Assembly (NCBI GenBank): GCA_023818695.1
Contig: JAMWCF010000001.1
Location: 467,306-531,305 of the forward strand
DNA length: 64,000 nt
Source: Candidatus Omnitrophota bacterium
Lineage (GTDB): Bacteria > Omnitrophota > Gorgyraeia > 1-14-0-20-64-10
Direction of reading: 5' to 3'
The translations under genes were made by a program, and so were the position numbers. The notes under the pieces are model-generated. The model worked only from the letters and a program-made list of their open reading frames with translations. It ran no database searches and was not told the origin of the DNA. How positions within the stretch are numbered: the stretch's first letter is position 1; each line of letters begins with the position of its first letter. Below are positions 33,701 through 45,146 of the stretch, piece by piece.

Positions 33701-34873
33701 ATGGAGCTTCAGCTCAGGCCCGATGACGATGACGGAACGGCCTGAATAATCGACCCTCTTTCCCAGCAAGTTCTGCCGAAAGCGGCCTTGCTTGCCCTTG
33801 AGCATGTCGGCGAGCGACTTCAAGGGGCGGTTGCCGGCTCCCAGGACGGGGCGGCCGTGCCGGCCGTTGTCGAAGAGGGCGTCCACCGCCTCTTGGAGCA
33901 TCCTCTTCTCGTTGCGAACGATCACGTCCGGCGCCTTGAGCTCGATCAATTTCTTGAGTCGGTTGTTCCTGTTGATGACGCGGCGGTACAGATCGTTCAG
34001 ATCGGAGGTGGCGAAGCGTCCGCCGTCCAGCGGGACCAGCGGCCGCAGGTCCGGTGGGATCACCGGAATCACCGTCAGCACCATCCAATCCGGCTTGTTG
34101 CCGGATTTCCGGTAGCTGTCGACGACCTTCAGGGTCTTCACCAACTTCTTCTGGGCCTGCTCCCCTTTGGCCGTCTTCAGGTCCCTCTTGGCCTTCTCGA
34201 CGATTTTGTCGAGATCCATATCCTTCAAAAGCATACGAACTGCCTCCGCCCCCATGGCCGCCTTGAAGCCATGACCGAATTTTTTCACGGACTCCTGATA
34301 GCGCTCCTCGGAAAGCAACTCCTTCTTGCGCAGCGGCGTGTCTCCTGGATCCACCACGACGTATTCCTCGTAGTAGATCACCCTCTCCAGATCCCGGAGA
34401 TTCATGTCCAGAATGGTGCTCAAGCGGCTCGGGATCGCCTTGAAAAACCAGATGTGGGTGACGGGAGCGGCCAGTTCGATGTGACCCATCCGCTCGCGCC
34501 GGACATTCGAACGGGTGACCTCCACGCCGCAGCGGTCGCAGATGATCCCCTTATGCTTGACCCGTTTGTACTTGCCGCAGTTGCACTCCCAGTCTTTGGT
34601 CGGTCCGAAGATCTTCTCGCAGAACAGTCCGTCCTTTTCCGGCTTCAGGGTCCTGTAATTGATGGTCTCGGGCTTTCGGACCTCACCGCGGGACCAGGAA
34701 CGGATCACTTCCGGAGAGGCCAGACGGATCGTGATGGCGTCAAAAGCGACCGATTCCTCTTCGGGGCCGGCTTCAGGGGTGACAATCCCCAGCCCGCGGG
34801 CCGCCCGTTCGATCTGTTCCCGGCTGGCCGGCTCTCCGGCTGTCGGATGAAGCTCTTTGGTCTTTTCGCTCAT
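30737..34873 (-). CDS. rpoC: DNA-directed RNA polymerase subunit beta'
   Basis: NADFDGDQM catalytic motif; 1378 aa. Confidence 0.97.
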   Translation of the reverse strand: MSEKTKELHPTAGEPASREQIERAARGLGIVTPEAGPEEESVAFDAITIRLASPEVIRSWSRGEVRKPETINYRTLKPEKDGLFCEKIFGPTKDWECNCGKYKRVKHKGIICDRCGVEVTRSNVRRERMGHIELAAPVTHIWFFKAIPSRLSTILDMNLRDLERVIYYEEYVVVDPGDTPLRKKELLSEERYQESVKKFGHGFKAAMGAEAVRMLLKDMDLDKIVEKAKRDLKTAKGEQAQKKLVKTLKVVDSYRKSGNKPDWMVLTVIPVIPPDLRPLVPLDGGRFATSDLNDLYRRVINRNNRLKKLIELKAPDVIVRNEKRMLQEAVDALFDNGRHGRPVLGAGNRPLKSLADMLKGKQGRFRQNLLGKRVDYSGRSVIVIGPELKLHQCGLPKKMALELFEPFIIKKLRERGFVHTIKSAKRMVERARLEVWDILEEVIRDHPVMLNRAPTLHRLGIQAFEPILIEGKAIKIHPLVCTAFNADFDGDQMAVHVPLSIEAQMEARLLMMSTNNIFSPSNGQPIVTPTQDIVLGCSYLTRIQNKAKGEGAAFGSAEEALLAYEEGDVTLHTKVKYWDNGQWIETSVGRIYFNSQLPVKIPFQNHVMDKKALSDLVIQVYKQFGHTETVKTLDVLKRLGFEMATRGGLSICVDNLQIPKDKSRIIQDARAEVAQVEDQYRKGLITDGERYNKVIDIWTHATDKVSDLIFTEMDPFNSVYLMADSGARGSKQQIRQLAGMRGLMAKPSGEIIESPITANFREGLTVLEYFISTHGARKGLADTALKTADSGYLTRRLVDVAQDVSVSEVDCGTLNGILISAIVEGDEVVVPLKERIIGRVVLDNIADVITDTIIIEAGNEITEEIAEKIEQAGIEKIRIRSVLTCESKRGVCVKCYGRDLATGRLVDLGEAVGIVAAQSIGEPGTQLTMRTFHIGGTAFRVVETSQIKAKNKGFLKLHNVRYVQKGKDYVVLNRNGQVSINDENARELERYVVPSGAILKHVDGDKINKDEVFIRWDPYTVPILTEGGGKVRFEDLKEGITVRTDIDPTTGLPDRIVMEHRGDFHPQLVLEDNQGEVLAIYPIPAGAHVVVKDGQKVEAGDLLAKTPRVMTKTKDITGGLPRVAELFEARRPKDPAIISEIDGVVEFGEAKKGQRRVIIKSPTGMKREYVIPHGKHLNVYKGDWVVSGQPLIDGPIVPQDILRIGGDKKLQEYLVNEIQEVYRLQGVRINDKHIEVIVRQMLRKVRIDDAGDTEFLVGSQVDKWRFQEENERVSKRGGKPASATQLLLGITKASLSTESFISAASFQETTRILTEAAASGKRDDLVGLKENVIMGHLVPVGTGFADHSHMEVVKHAPEEPPQETLPEAEKADNGEENT

Positions 34874-37800
34874 CTATGACTCCCGCCGTTCTGTCCGTAT
34901 ATCCAGACCCAGGCTTTGCAGTTCCTTGACCAAAACATTGAACGATTCCGGAGTTCCCGGCTTCAGCGCATGCTCTCCTTTGACGATCGACTCGTAAATC
35001 CGGGTCCGGCCCACCACATCATCCGATTTGACGGTCAGCAGTTCCTGCAGGGTATAAGCGGCGCCGTACGCCTCCAGCGCCCACACTTCCATCTCGCCAA
35101 AACGCTGTCCGCCGAACTGGGCCTTGCCTCCCAGCGGCTGCTGGGTCACGAGGGAATAGGGGCCGATCGACCTGGCATGGATCTTGTCGTCCACCAGATG
35201 GGCCAGCTTCATCATGTAGATGTAGCCCACCGTCACCTTCTGGTCGAACTCCTTGCCCACCATGCCGTCGCGCAAAACAATCTGTCCATCCTCGGGCAGA
35301 CCCGCCTCTTTCAAAAGCTTCTTGACCTCGGATTCGCGCGCGCCGTCGAAGACAGGCGAAGAGATCTGCAGCCCCAGCGCTTTGGCCGCCCAGCCCAGAT
35401 GTGTTTCCAGGATCTGTCCCACGTTCATGCGAGAGGGAACACCCAGCGGATTGAGCACAATTTCCACGGGGGTGCCGTCCGGCAAGAACGGCATATCCTC
35501 TTCCGGCAGAATCTTGGCAATCACTCCCTTATTTCCATGGCGGCCCGCGATCTTGTCCCCCACCTGCACTTTCCGCTTGGAAGCCACGTAGACGACGACC
35601 TTCTTCAAAACCCCCGGCGGCAGCTCGTCACCCCGCTTGAGCTGCTCGATCTCCCTGTTTTCCTCATAACTGATCTCATCCAGCTGATCGTTCAGGAACC
35701 GCAGTGACCGGCGCACCTCCTCCTCTTTCTCCTTGTCCGCCAGCCGGATCTCCTCCAAATCGGCGTTTTCGAGCTTGGCGAGGTCGGACGCCTTAACCGT
35801 GTGCCCCTGTGAAATCAGCGGGTTCCCCGAGTCCTGGTCGACAATGGCGTTTTCCAGCTTCTGCCCGACGATGAGCCGGCTCAAGGCCTTCAGGCGTTCC
35901 TTCTTCAAGCTCTTGATCTGGGATTGGTACCTCTTATGGATCGCCTCGATCTTGGTCTGCTCCTCGGCGATCTCTTCCTTGGATCTCGGCTTCGGCTTTT
36001 TCCGGCTGAAGACCCTGACATCCACGATGATTCCCTCGACCCCCGGCGGCACCACCAGCGAAGCATCCCGGACGTCACCGGCCTTCTCTCCGAAGATCGC
36101 CCTCAACAGACGCTCTTCCGGGGACTGCTCGGTTTCCGATTTCGGGACCACCTTGCCGACCAGGATGTCGCCGGGATGCACCTCCGCCCCGATGCGAATG
36201 ATCCCATTCTCATCCAAGTCCTTCAGGGCATCCTCCCCAACATTCGCAATGTCGCGGGTGATCTCTTCGTTCCCTAAGCGGGTGTCCCGGGCCTCGATCT
36301 CGAACTCCTCGATATGGACGGAGGTAAAGACGTCTTCTTTCACAAGACGCTCGCTGATGAGAATGGCGTCCTCGAAGTTGTATCCCCGCCAGGACATGAA
36401 GGCAACCAGCAGGTTACGGCCCAAAGCCAGCAGACCGTTGTCCGTCCCGGCCCCGTCGGCGATCACCTGCCCCTTTTTCACCTTCTCGCCCACTTTGACC
36501 AGCGGCCGCTGGTTGATGCTGGTGTTGGCGTTGGAGCGCTGAAACTTCCGAAGCGGGTAAACGCGACGGTCGATGACGATCTGATCCGACTGCACTTCCT
36601 TGACAACCCCCGCCTCTTCGGCTACCACGACGGTGCCTGAATCAACCGCCACCGGCTGCTCCATCCCAGTGCCGATCAGAGGGGCTTCCGGAAACAGCAG
36701 AGGAACCGCCTGACGCTGCATGTTGGAACCCATCAACGCCCTGTTCGCGTCATCATGCTCCAGGAAAGGAATTAAGGAAGCGGCGACGGAAACCAGCTGT
36801 TTGGGGGAGATGTCCTTAAAGTTCACTTCCTCCGCCGGAATCGTCGGGAAATTCCCGCGGTGGCGGCACAGCACCAGCTTTTCGCTGAAACGACCAACCA
36901 GATTGTCGCCTCCCCTGGCGCTCTCCACGGGGGCGTTGGCCTGGGCGATCCGGTAGCGGTCCTCTTCGTCAGCGGAGAGGTACTTCACCGATTCCTTCAC
37001 CCGGCCCTTCTCCACTTCAAAGTAGGGGGTTTCGATAAAACCGAACGAATTGACGCGGGCATAGGTGGAGAGACTGGCGATCAAGCCGATGTTCGGGCCT
37101 TCCGGCGTTTCAATCGGACAGATCCGGCCGTAGTGGGAATAATGGACGTCGCGCACCTCGAAACCGGCCCGCTTCCTGGAAAGCCCGCCCGGCCCGAGCG
37201 CGGAGAGCCGCCGTTTGTGGGTCAACTCCGCCAGGGGGTTGGTTTGGTCCAGAAACTGCGACAACTGGGAGCGGCCGAAAAAGTCCCGGATCAAGCTCGA
37301 AACCAGCTTGGCGTTGACCAGTTGATGCGGCATGACGGCGTCCAGATCGTAGATGCCCATCCTTTCGCGAACCGACCGCTCCACCCTCGCTAAAGCCATC
37401 CGGAACTGGTTCTGGAGAAGCTCGCACACCGTCCGAATCCTCCGGGAACCCAGATGATCGATATCATCCACATCCCCCTGGCCGGCCTTGAGGTTCAGCA
37501 GGTATTTGAGGGTTTCCAGGACGGTCTGCGGGTCCAGGACCCGGTCGTTCAGGTCCCTCTTCATGCCGAGCTTCCGGCTCAAGATGTAGCGCCCCACCCG
37601 GCCCAGGTCGTAGCGCTTCGGGTCCAGGTAGAGCCGTTCCAGCAAAGATTTCGCAGAGGTCAGCGTCGCTGGATCGCCCGGTCGGAGCTTGCGGAAGATG
37701 TCCAGGACGGAATCGTCGGCGGACCGCAGCCGGTCCTTCTCGAAAGTCCGTATGACCTCCGGGACGATCCTTTCCAAAACGTGGACCTCCCGGATCTCGG

Positions 37801-38590
37801 AGTTCCACATCATGGTCAGATGCTCCTTGGCCAGCTTTTCGAAACGGGGGATCAAAACGGCCTGCGTCTGGGGATCGATGACATCCACAGCGAGAGTCCT
37901 GCCGACCAGGTCTTTGAGGTCCGTCAGCTCCTGCGCCTTGACCGTCTGGACGCCGCACAGCGCCTGAAGGATCTGCTCATCGGTGCCGGCGCCGATGGCC
38001 CGCAGGAAGGTGGTGGCCAGAACTTTCCTTCTCCTGTCGATCAGCGCGTGAAGCGTATCGGTCAGATCAAACTCAAACTCCAGCCATGCTCCACGGTAAG
38101 GGATGATCCGGGCGGTGTACATCCTCTTGCCGTTGGGATGGATCTCCTCTTCGAAAAAGACGCCTGGTGAACGGTGCAGCTGGCTGACGACCACCCGCTC
38201 ATCCCCGTTGATCACGAAGGTGCCTGTCGGAGTCATCAGCGGGATGTCTCCGAGATAGACCTCCTGCTCCCTCATCTCCTTGGGTGTCCGCAGGCGGAGC
38301 TTCACGCCCAGGGGAGCGGCATAGGTCAATCCACGGCGCTGCGATTCGGCTTGATCGTACTTCGGCTTGCCAATGGTGTAGTAGAGATACTCCAGCCGGT
38401 AGGTCCCGTCCGGGTTCTCGATCGGAAAGATCTCCTGGAAAACCTCCTGCAATCCCTTGTTCTCCCGCCGGGTTCTCGGAACATCCATCTGCAGGAATTC
38501 CTTGAAGGAATCCGTTTGGATTTCCAGAAGGTACGGAAGATTGAATTTTTCGGAGATTCGTCCGAAATCCTTCTTTGTCATGACAGCCAT
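34874..38590 (-). CDS. rpoB: DNA-directed RNA polymerase subunit beta
   Basis: Conserved beta-subunit blocks (GRHGNKGV, etc.); 1238 aa. Confidence 0.97.
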   Translation of the reverse strand: MAVMTKKDFGRISEKFNLPYLLEIQTDSFKEFLQMDVPRTRRENKGLQEVFQEIFPIENPDGTYRLEYLYYTIGKPKYDQAESQRRGLTYAAPLGVKLRLRTPKEMREQEVYLGDIPLMTPTGTFVINGDERVVVSQLHRSPGVFFEEEIHPNGKRMYTARIIPYRGAWLEFEFDLTDTLHALIDRRRKVLATTFLRAIGAGTDEQILQALCGVQTVKAQELTDLKDLVGRTLAVDVIDPQTQAVLIPRFEKLAKEHLTMMWNSEIREVHVLERIVPEVIRTFEKDRLRSADDSVLDIFRKLRPGDPATLTSAKSLLERLYLDPKRYDLGRVGRYILSRKLGMKRDLNDRVLDPQTVLETLKYLLNLKAGQGDVDDIDHLGSRRIRTVCELLQNQFRMALARVERSVRERMGIYDLDAVMPHQLVNAKLVSSLIRDFFGRSQLSQFLDQTNPLAELTHKRRLSALGPGGLSRKRAGFEVRDVHYSHYGRICPIETPEGPNIGLIASLSTYARVNSFGFIETPYFEVEKGRVKESVKYLSADEEDRYRIAQANAPVESARGGDNLVGRFSEKLVLCRHRGNFPTIPAEEVNFKDISPKQLVSVAASLIPFLEHDDANRALMGSNMQRQAVPLLFPEAPLIGTGMEQPVAVDSGTVVVAEEAGVVKEVQSDQIVIDRRVYPLRKFQRSNANTSINQRPLVKVGEKVKKGQVIADGAGTDNGLLALGRNLLVAFMSWRGYNFEDAILISERLVKEDVFTSVHIEEFEIEARDTRLGNEEITRDIANVGEDALKDLDENGIIRIGAEVHPGDILVGKVVPKSETEQSPEERLLRAIFGEKAGDVRDASLVVPPGVEGIIVDVRVFSRKKPKPRSKEEIAEEQTKIEAIHKRYQSQIKSLKKERLKALSRLIVGQKLENAIVDQDSGNPLISQGHTVKASDLAKLENADLEEIRLADKEKEEEVRRSLRFLNDQLDEISYEENREIEQLKRGDELPPGVLKKVVVYVASKRKVQVGDKIAGRHGNKGVIAKILPEEDMPFLPDGTPVEIVLNPLGVPSRMNVGQILETHLGWAAKALGLQISSPVFDGARESEVKKLLKEAGLPEDGQIVLRDGMVGKEFDQKVTVGYIYMMKLAHLVDDKIHARSIGPYSLVTQQPLGGKAQFGGQRFGEMEVWALEAYGAAYTLQELLTVKSDDVVGRTRIYESIVKGEHALKPGTPESFNVLVKELQSLGLDIRTERRES

Positions 38591-38620
38591 TGGGCCCTCT
38601 CCCTCAAAGAACCGGTCCGG

Positions 38621-39013
38621 TTACTTTAGCTCGACCTTGGCACCCGCAGCTTCCAGTTTCTCTTTCATCGTCTTGGCTTCGTCCTTAGTGGCGCCGGCCT
38701 TGATCGGCTTCGGGGCGCTGTCCACAAGGTCCTTGGCTTCCTTCAACCCGAGGGTGGTCACTTCGCGCAGCGCTTTAATGACGTTAATCTTGTTGGCGCC
38801 CACTTCGGCGAGAATGACATCAAAGGAATCCTTCTCCTCGGCCGCAGCCGCTCCGGGCGCCGCGCCGGCGGCACCACCGGCGACCGCCACAGGGGCCATC
38901 GCCGCGGCGGAAACGCCGAATTTCTCCTCGATTCCTTTCACCAGATTGTTCAAATCGAGAACCGACCAGCTTTCGATCGATTCCAGAACGTCGTTCACCG
39001 TTACCTTCGCCAT
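38621..39013 (-). CDS. rplL: 50S ribosomal protein L7/L12
   Basis: [34 protein letters not shown]...LKEAKDLV. Start moved to 39013. Confidence 0.95.
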   Translation of the reverse strand: MAKVTVNDVLESIESWSVLDLNNLVKGIEEKFGVSAAAMAPVAVAGGAAGAAPGAAAAEEKDSFDVILAEVGANKINVIKALREVTTLGLKEAKDLVDSAPKPIKAGATKDEAKTMKEKLEAAGAKVELK

Positions 39014-39053
39014 TGTCGTACTCTCCTTCTTTCTTTGGACACCGCGTGCTAAA

Positions 39054-39647
39054 TTATGAAGCCGGTTTCTCCTGCTTCCCTTCCTTTTCCCGCTTCTGGG
39101 CCAGCGCCTTGAAGGCCAGAGCCGCTTCCCGGATCGGGGCCTGCAAGACCACCGCCAGGTTCCTGATGGGCCCCTGCAGAAGACCGGCCAGCTGGGATAG
39201 CAGCACCTCCCGGGACGGCAGCTTGGAGAGGGCAATCAGCTGATCTTTCGAATAAAACTGGCCCTCTAGGATCCCTCCCTGGATGACAAATCCTTCATGA
39301 TCCTTCTGAAAGGTGGCCAACAGCTTGCAGACCTTCGCCGCGTCCCCCTTCACCGGGGAGATCGCGCAGGTCCCTTCAAACAGTTTCTCCATATCCTGCC
39401 ACCCCTGCTCACGGCAGAGGATCCTGGAGATGCTGTTCTTGGCGATCATGAAGTTGGAGTCGATATCGCGCAGCGAAAAGCGCAGCCGGTTCAACTCCCG
39501 GGCCGGCACCTTCTGGACGCTGCTAACCACCACGGCGCCGGACGCTTCCACCTGGGCTTTCAATTCCCGGTAAATCGAAGACCGCGCCAATATCCCGGCA
39601 CGGATCTTATTCGGTGCGGCAGACACTGCTTCGGTCTTCGGGTTCAT
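39054..39647 (-). CDS. rplJ: 50S ribosomal protein L10
   Basis: Position between rplA and rplL, with L10-like sequence. Confidence 0.9.
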   Translation of the reverse strand: MNPKTEAVSAAPNKIRAGILARSSIYRELKAQVEASGAVVVSSVQKVPARELNRLRFSLRDIDSNFMIAKNSISRILCREQGWQDMEKLFEGTCAISPVKGDAAKVCKLLATFQKDHEGFVIQGGILEGQFYSKDQLIALSKLPSREVLLSQLAGLLQGPIRNLAVVLQAPIREAALAFKALAQKREKEGKQEKPAS

Positions 39648-40339
39648 AACTCGGGCCTCCCTTCGGCCGGATCCACCTTCACGCCGGGACCCATCGTGGA
39701 AGAAAGAGCCACGCTCTTGACGTACCTTCCTTTTACAGCAGGCGGTCTGGCCTTCCAGATCGCTTCCAGAACACTCCGGCCGTTGGCCTCAATCGCCTCG
39801 GGCGGGAAAGAAAGCTTACCTATCCCCAAGTGGATGTCCCCCTGCTTGTCGATCTTGAACTCCACTTTCCCCCTCTTGGCATCCTGGACCGCTCTGGCGA
39901 CATCCGGCGTGACGGTCCCAGTCTTGGGGCTTGGCATCAGACCCTTGGGTCCCAAGACCTTACCCAGCTTCCCGACCTCTTTCATGAGATCCGGCGTCGA
40001 AATGACGACGTCAAAATCGGTCCATCCGCCCTGCACCTTCGCCAACAGATCCTCGGCCCCAACATAATCGGCTCCTGCCTCTTTCGCGGCCCGCTCGGCA
40101 TCCCCTTTGGCGAAAACAAGGATTTTGACTGTTTTGCCGGTGCCGTGGGGCAGAACAACGGTGCCCCGCACCATCTGATCGGTCTGCTTGATATCGACGT
40201 CCAGATCGACGGAAAGCTCCACCGTCTGGTCAAACTTGACCGGCGGCGCCTGCTTGATCAACCCCACCGCTTCTTTCAGCGAATAAAACGGTTTGCTCCT
40301 GTCCACCACCGCCGAAACGGCCTTCATCCTCTTGCTCAT
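39644..40339 (-). CDS. rplA: 50S ribosomal protein L1
   Basis: [15 protein letters not shown]...LPHGTGK. Confidence 0.95.
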   Translation of the reverse strand: MSKRMKAVSAVVDRSKPFYSLKEAVGLIKQAPPVKFDQTVELSVDLDVDIKQTDQMVRGTVVLPHGTGKTVKILVFAKGDAERAAKEAGADYVGAEDLLAKVQGGWTDFDVVISTPDLMKEVGKLGKVLGPKGLMPSPKTGTVTPDVARAVQDAKRGKVEFKIDKQGDIHLGIGKLSFPPEAIEANGRSVLEAIWKARPPAVKGRYVKSVALSSTMGPGVKVDPAEGRPEL

Positions 40340-40761
40340 CCGGTCACCTCGATCCCCATCGAGCGGGCTGTCCCTTCCACCATCTTGATCGCCTGCTCAA
40401 GGGAGGGAGTGTTCAAGTCCTGCACCTTCTTCTGGGCAATCTCCCTCAACTGCGTCCGCGTCACCTTGCCGACCTTCTCTCGGTTGGGCGTCCCCGACGC
40501 CTTGGCCAGGCCCGCCGCCCGCTTCAAAAGCACGGAAGCCGGCGGACTCTTGATGATGAAGGTGAAACTTCGGTCCTCGTAGGCGGTGATCACGACCGGC
40601 AGAACGAGCCCTTCCTGCCCCTTCGATTGCGCGTTGAACTGCTTACAGAACTCCATGATGTTCAACCCGTGGGAACCCAGGGCGGGACCGACAGGAGGGG
40701 CCGGGTTCGCCGCCCCGGCGGGGCAATAAAGTTTGATGAGTGCTTTGACCTTTTTCGCCAT
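40336..40761 (-). CDS. rplK: 50S ribosomal protein L11
   Basis: [29 protein letters not shown]. Confidence 0.95.
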   Translation of the reverse strand: MAKKVKALIKLYCPAGAANPAPPVGPALGSHGLNIMEFCKQFNAQSKGQEGLVLPVVITAYEDRSFTFIIKSPPASVLLKRAAGLAKASGTPNREKVGKVTRTQLREIAQKKVQDLNTPSLEQAIKMVEGTARSMGIEVTG

Positions 40762-40763
40762 TC

Positions 40764-41294
40764 TTACACCTTTTCAACCTGCCAGTATTCCAGCTCCACC
40801 GGTGTCGCTCGCCCGAAGATGGTAACCATCACCTTGAGCTTGCCCTTCTCCGGATTGATCTCCTCCACCAGGCCGTTGAAGTTGCTGAACGGCCCCTCCG
40901 TGATCCGGACCGATTCCCCCCGGTCGAAAACAACCTTGGGGATCGGTTTTTCCATCTTCTCCTGCGAGGACTGCAGGATCTGATCCACTTCCTGCTCGCT
41001 TAAGGGGATCGGCCGGTTGCCGGACCCCACGAACCCCGCCACCCCGGGGATCGTCTTGATGAAGCCCCAGTTTTCGTCAGACATGTTCATCTGGATCAGG
41101 ACGTAGCCGGGGAAAACCCGGCGCTCCGAGATCTTCTTCTTCCCGCCTTTGACCTCGGAGATCTTCTCCATCGGAACGAGAACCTGCGTTACCTGTCCCT
41201 GGAACTGACCGGCGTCGATCGCTTTCTGAAGCGACACCCTGACCCTCTCTTCCTGCCCGGTCAGGGTATGAATCACAAACCACTGGGATTCCAT
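40764..41294 (-). CDS. nusG: Transcription termination/antitermination factor NusG
   Basis: [17 protein letters not shown] domain and a KOW ([16 protein letters not shown]). Start moved to 41294. Confidence 0.93.
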   Translation of the reverse strand: MESQWFVIHTLTGQEERVRVSLQKAIDAGQFQGQVTQVLVPMEKISEVKGGKKKISERRVFPGYVLIQMNMSDENWGFIKTIPGVAGFVGSGNRPIPLSEQEVDQILQSSQEKMEKPIPKVVFDRGESVRITEGPFSNFNGLVEEINPEKGKLKVMVTIFGRATPVELEYWQVEKV

Positions 41295-41296
41295 TG

Positions 41297-41482
41297 CTAA
41301 CGCATGATCCAACTCATTAAACCAGCGCATACCCAATCAAAAAGAGCGATGATGGCCGACAGAAGCACCATCGTCACCACGACAACCTTGGCCGATTCCA
41401 GCAATTCCTGCGGAGAGGCCCAGGAAACCTGGCCGAGTTCGTTCCGGACATCTCTTAAAAATGCCGCCGTCTTTCGAATCAT
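41297..41482 (-). CDS. secE: Preprotein translocase subunit SecE
   Basis: FLRDVRNELGQVSWASPQEL plus a single TM. Start moved to 41482. Confidence 0.88.
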   Translation of the reverse strand: MIRKTAAFLRDVRNELGQVSWASPQELLESAKVVVVTMVLLSAIIALFDWVCAGLMSWIMR

Positions 41483-41596
41483 CGCCTCATCCCGAAAAAG
41501 AAAAAAACGATCCCCCTTGGGTACTCCCAAGAATGTTCAGATCGCCTGATTAGGAACGGACAACAGCGGGAAACGCCGCCTGTGCCGGCCAACATA

Positions 41597-41670
41597 CAGG
41601 CCTGGAGGGATTTGAACCCCCAACCATCGGATTTGGAGTCCGTTGCTCTACCAGTTGGAGCTACAGGCCT
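41597..41670 (-). tRNA. tRNA-Trp (anticodon CCA)
   Basis: Hand-folded cloverleaf: acceptor AGGCCTG/CAGGCCT, D-stem GCTC/GAGC, anticodon loop CTCCAAA, T-arm GGGGG-TTCAAAT-CCCTC. No encoded CCA. Confidence 0.9.
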
Positions 41671-41818
41671 ACTTTGTTTCGCGGTGGAGGGTGTGGATCC
41701 GGCAAAACCGGCAGTACTTCTTCAGTTCCAAACGATCCGTGTGCAAGCGCTTATTCCTCTTCGTCGTATAATTCCGCCGGCTGCACTGCGTACACGCCAT
41801 GGTGATAATTTCCCGCAT
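41669..41818 (-). CDS. rpmG: 50S ribosomal protein L33
   Basis: Hand translation gives [49 protein letters not shown] (49 aa). Below the ORF-track cutoff. Confidence 0.9.
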   Translation of the reverse strand: MREIITMACTQCSRRNYTTKRNKRLHTDRLELKKYCRFCRIHTLHRETK

Positions 41819-41870
41819 TTACGGATCCCCCTCGCTGAAACACCCACCGCAATAACAAACGCGCTTGGTT

Positions 41871-43064
41871 TTACGCGATAATCTCCGTCACGACGCCCGC
41901 TCCAACCGTCTTGCCCCCTTCCCGGATAGCGAACCGAAGTCCTTTCTCCATGGCGATCGGAGAGATCAACTCCACGTCCACGTTGGCGTTGTCACCGGGC
42001 ATGACCATCTCCACCCCTTTGGCAAGCGTGGCCACGCCGGTCACATCGGTCGTCCGGAAATAAAACTGGGGCCGGTAGCCGGTAAAGAACGGCGTGTGGC
42101 GGCCCCCTTCTTCCTTCGTCAAAGCGTACACTTCGGCCTTGAATTTCTTGTGAGGCGTGATCGAACCGGGCGCGGCTAAAACCATGCCCCGCTCCAAGTC
42201 CTTCTTGTCGATCCCGCGCAGCAGAACCCCGACATTGTCACCGGCCTGCCCCTCATCCAGAAGCTTTCGGAACATCTCGATACCGGTGACGACCGTCTTG
42301 GTCGGCTTGTCACGCAGCCCCACGATCTCCACTTCATCATTAAGCTTGACCTTGCCGCGCTCGATGCGGCCCGTGCCAACGGTCCCGCGGCCGGTGATCG
42401 AAAAAACGTCCTCCACGGCCATCAAAAGCGGCTTGTCGATCTCCCGCTTGGGGGTCGGGATAAACTCATCCACCGCCTTGATGAGATCGTGGATGCTCTT
42501 CTCCCCCTCCGGATCCCCCTGAGCCGCCTTCATGGCGCTGCCCCGGATGATCGGTGTCTTGTCGCCCGGAAACTGGTACTTGGTCAGCAGGTCGCGAACC
42601 TCCATCTCCACCAGGTCCAGCAATTCCTTGTCATCAACTAGATCGCACTTATTAAGGAAGACCACGATCGCCGGCACGCCGACCTGGCGGGCAAGCAGAA
42701 TGTGCTCGCGGGTCTGAGGCATCGGCCCGTCCGGCGCGCTGACAACAAGAACGGCGCCATCCATCTGGGCGGCGCCGGTGATCATGTTCTTGATGTAGTC
42801 GGCATGACCAGGACAGTCCACATGAGCGTAATGCCGGTTGGCCGATTCGTATTCCACGTGCGCGATGCTGACGGTCAAAATCTTGCTCGCATCGCGTACG
42901 ACGCCGCCTTTGGCGATATCGGCATAGTCCCTCACCTCGGCTTGACCGGTCTTGGAAAGTACCTTCGTAATGGCGCTGGTCAGCGTCGTTTTTCCATGAT
43001 CCACATGGCCGATGGTTCCGATGTTGACATGGGTTTTCTTACGCTCAAACTTTTCCTTTGCCAT
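41871..43064 (-). CDS. tuf: Elongation factor Tu
   Basis: [11 protein letters not shown] and DCPGHADY motifs; 397 aa; GGAGGAGAGG Shine-Dalgarno upstream. Confidence 0.97.
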   Translation of the reverse strand: MAKEKFERKKTHVNIGTIGHVDHGKTTLTSAITKVLSKTGQAEVRDYADIAKGGVVRDASKILTVSIAHVEYESANRHYAHVDCPGHADYIKNMITGAAQMDGAVLVVSAPDGPMPQTREHILLARQVGVPAIVVFLNKCDLVDDKELLDLVEMEVRDLLTKYQFPGDKTPIIRGSAMKAAQGDPEGEKSIHDLIKAVDEFIPTPKREIDKPLLMAVEDVFSITGRGTVGTGRIERGKVKLNDEVEIVGLRDKPTKTVVTGIEMFRKLLDEGQAGDNVGVLLRGIDKKDLERGMVLAAPGSITPHKKFKAEVYALTKEEGGRHTPFFTGYRPQFYFRTTDVTGVATLAKGVEMVMPGDNANVDVELISPIAMEKGLRFAIREGGKTVGAGVVTEIIA

Positions 43065-43159
43065 CGTGGCCTCTCCTCCAAAAGGAAATACGGATACCTC
43101 GTGGGTATCTCATGTTCAGTTGACAACACAAATCGAAAAGAAAAACACCCGACACTTTA

Positions 43160-43232
43160 AGCTGGAGACGGGAATTGAACCCGTGACCCCGTCCTTACCA
43201 AGGACGTGCTCTACCAACTGAGCTACTCCAGC
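43160..43232 (-). tRNA. tRNA-Thr (anticodon GGT)
   Basis: Cloverleaf GCTGGAG...anticodon loop TTGGTAA...CTCCAGC. Confidence 0.9.
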
Positions 43233-43285
43233 AAGACAGCTGCTGGGCTTACCAAACCGCCAAAATTATAGGTGCAAAATACTTC

Positions 43286-43313
43286 ATTCTAACGAGATAG
43301 CAACTATTGTCAA
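43286..43313 (-). promoter_or_regulatory. Sigma70-type promoter candidate upstream of tRNA-Thr(GGT)-tuf
   Basis: Minus strand reads TTGACA, a 16-nt spacer, then TAGAAT, in an AT-rich tRNA spacer. Confidence 0.5.
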
Positions 43314-43352
43314 GAAAAAATATTATGGTTTTGTTACGCGGCAGGATTATAA

Positions 43353-43423
43353 AGCGGGTGACGGGAATCGAACCCGTATAACCTGCTTGGAAGGCAGGTA
43401 CTCTACCATTGAGTTACACCCGC
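43353..43423 (-). tRNA. tRNA-Gly (anticodon TCC)
   Basis: Cloverleaf GCGGGTG...anticodon loop CTTCCAA...CACCCGC. Confidence 0.9.
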
Positions 43424-43497
43424 ATCGTGAGCTGAATTTCGAGAAACTCTTAACTCGCCACCCGACACTGACTATCTATCACATAGAACAGAAGTTC

Positions 43498-43580
43498 TGG
43501 GCAGGAGAGGGTTCGAACCTCTGTAGGCTTGCGCCAGCAGATTTACAGTCTGCCCTCGTTGGCCGCTTGAGTACCTGCCC
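43498..43580 (-). tRNA. tRNA-Tyr (anticodon GTA), long variable arm
   Basis: Cloverleaf GGGCAGG...anticodon loop CTGTAAA...variable arm TGGCGCAAGCCTAC...CCTGCCC. Confidence 0.9.
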
Positions 43581-43866
43581 ATAAGAACGTTTTATTGTAC
43601 GCACTCAAAAGGATGAAAACAAGCCGGCTTACATTCAACAAAACCAATTGAATTTTTTGGAGTACTGAATCCTGGCTTTTTGTCCGTTCTTCGGAACTGC
43701 GAGGCGAAGTGTCATCGCGCCTTTACGCATCTGCCGCGAGTGGCGTACTTTGCTTGGATCCGAATAAACTTTCCCTCCCTCTCCGCAGCAAGATCGTATC
43801 TGTTGTTCTCCCCGTAAGGGATAAGGATGCGCCACCCGTTGCATCTATTTATCGATGATCAAACCA

Positions 43867-43939
<73 letters not shown>

Positions 43940-43947
43940 AAAGTCAT

Positions 43948-44778
43948 TTATTTCCGGGCAACCCGGCGGAAGGCCGCTGGCAGAAACCTTAAAACATCTC
44001 CGGCGGTCAAGGAGGTCTCCCCTACCTCCTTAGCGGCGAGATCGCCAGCCAGCCCGTGCAGGTAGACCCCAGCTCTCGCCGCTGTGAAGGGATCGCACCC
44101 CTGCCCGATCAGGGCGGCGATCACGCCGGTCAGCACGTCCCCCATGCCGGCAGTGGCCATACCGGGATTGCCGGTGCTGTTGAGATAGGTCCGGCCAACC
44201 GGCGAAGCGACGATCGTTTTGTGGCCCTTGAGAACCACCACAGCATTAAGCCGTTTCGCCGTCTGGAGAGCGGTCTTCTTCCTGTTTGCCTGAACCTTTG
44301 AAACGGCTGTACCCAGAAGGTTCGCCATCTCACCCGGATGGGGGGTCAAGACCATCCCGCCCGCCCCGCTAGGACGCGACAGCTTTTTCAGACCTTTGAG
44401 CGCGATAATCCCATCAGCGTCCACCACCATCGGCTGTGTGGCGCTTCTGACCAGCCGCCGGACCAGAGCTTTCGGGCGGGCGGCGCGGGAGAGACCGGGG
44501 CCCAGCGCGATCACATCCGCTTTCTGAAGGAGCTGCGGCAGGCGCTGCGTCGGGTGGACCATGATCTCCGGCGGAGCTTTGCAGGCGGCGATCGGATAGA
44601 TCTCTTTCGACACCGCCAGCGAGACCAACCCAGCGCCGGAACGAAGCGCCGCTTCAACGCAGAGGATTGGCGCCCCGACATACCCGACAGCACCGCCGAT
44701 CACCAGAACGTGGCCGTAATCTCCTTTATGAGATCCCGGGCGCCTGGACAGGAGGCGCTTCGGCAGAGCCGGCTTCAT
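43948..44778 (-). CDS. nnrD: ADP-dependent NAD(P)H-hydrate dehydratase (YjeF C-terminal kinase-fold)
   Basis: GSHKGDYGHVLVIGG and GTGDVLTG-like (GMGDVLTGVIAAL) motifs. Start moved to 44778, with an ATGA overlap with acpS. Confidence 0.85.
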   Translation of the reverse strand: MKPALPKRLLSRRPGSHKGDYGHVLVIGGAVGYVGAPILCVEAALRSGAGLVSLAVSKEIYPIAACKAPPEIMVHPTQRLPQLLQKADVIALGPGLSRAARPKALVRRLVRSATQPMVVDADGIIALKGLKKLSRPSGAGGMVLTPHPGEMANLLGTAVSKVQANRKKTALQTAKRLNAVVVLKGHKTIVASPVGRTYLNSTGNPGMATAGMGDVLTGVIAALIGQGCDPFTAARAGVYLHGLAGDLAAKEVGETSLTAGDVLRFLPAAFRRVARK

Positions 44779-45146
44779 GGCTTGCAGGCCAGCGCCATCG
44801 CTACCGCATGTTCCTTGGTGTGTGTCAAGGAAAGCTGGATATCCAGCCGGGCCCAGCGGTTCATGGTCCCTTTCAACACCACCTTCGGCTGGCCGCTGGA
44901 GGCATGGACGATCTCCACATCTTTCCATTCCAAACCCAGCCCTTTGGGGGCGCCGAGCGCCTTGACCACCGCCTCCTTGGCGGCAAACCGGACGGCCAGA
45001 TGCTGGAGGAACTGTTTACGGCCCTTAGCGTAAGCCAGCTCACGGGGGGTAAAGAGCCGGTTCAAGAAACGGTCCCCCCATTTCTCAACCGATTTTTTGA
45101 ACCGCTGGACTTCGACGAGGTCGACACCGGTGCCGATCACCTTCAC
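44775..45146 (-). CDS. acpS: Holo-[acyl-carrier-protein] synthase
   Basis: IGTGVDLVEVQRF...FAAKEAVVKALG. Confidence 0.9.
   Translation of the reverse strand: MKVIGTGVDLVEVQRFKKSVEKWGDRFLNRLFTPRELAYAKGRKQFLQHLAVRFAAKEAVVKALGAPKGLGLEWKDVEIVHASSGQPKVVLKGTMNRWARLDIQLSLTHTKEHAVAMALACKP

Noticed and set aside
38591-38620. Attenuator/terminator between rplL and rpoB
   Set aside because: Only 30 nt are available and I saw no convincing hairpin plus U-tract.
43635-43844. 69-aa ORF in the tRNA spacer
   Set aside because: Third-position GC is near 50%, unlike real genes here. There is no SD and no recognisable family, and it sits inside a tRNA operon.
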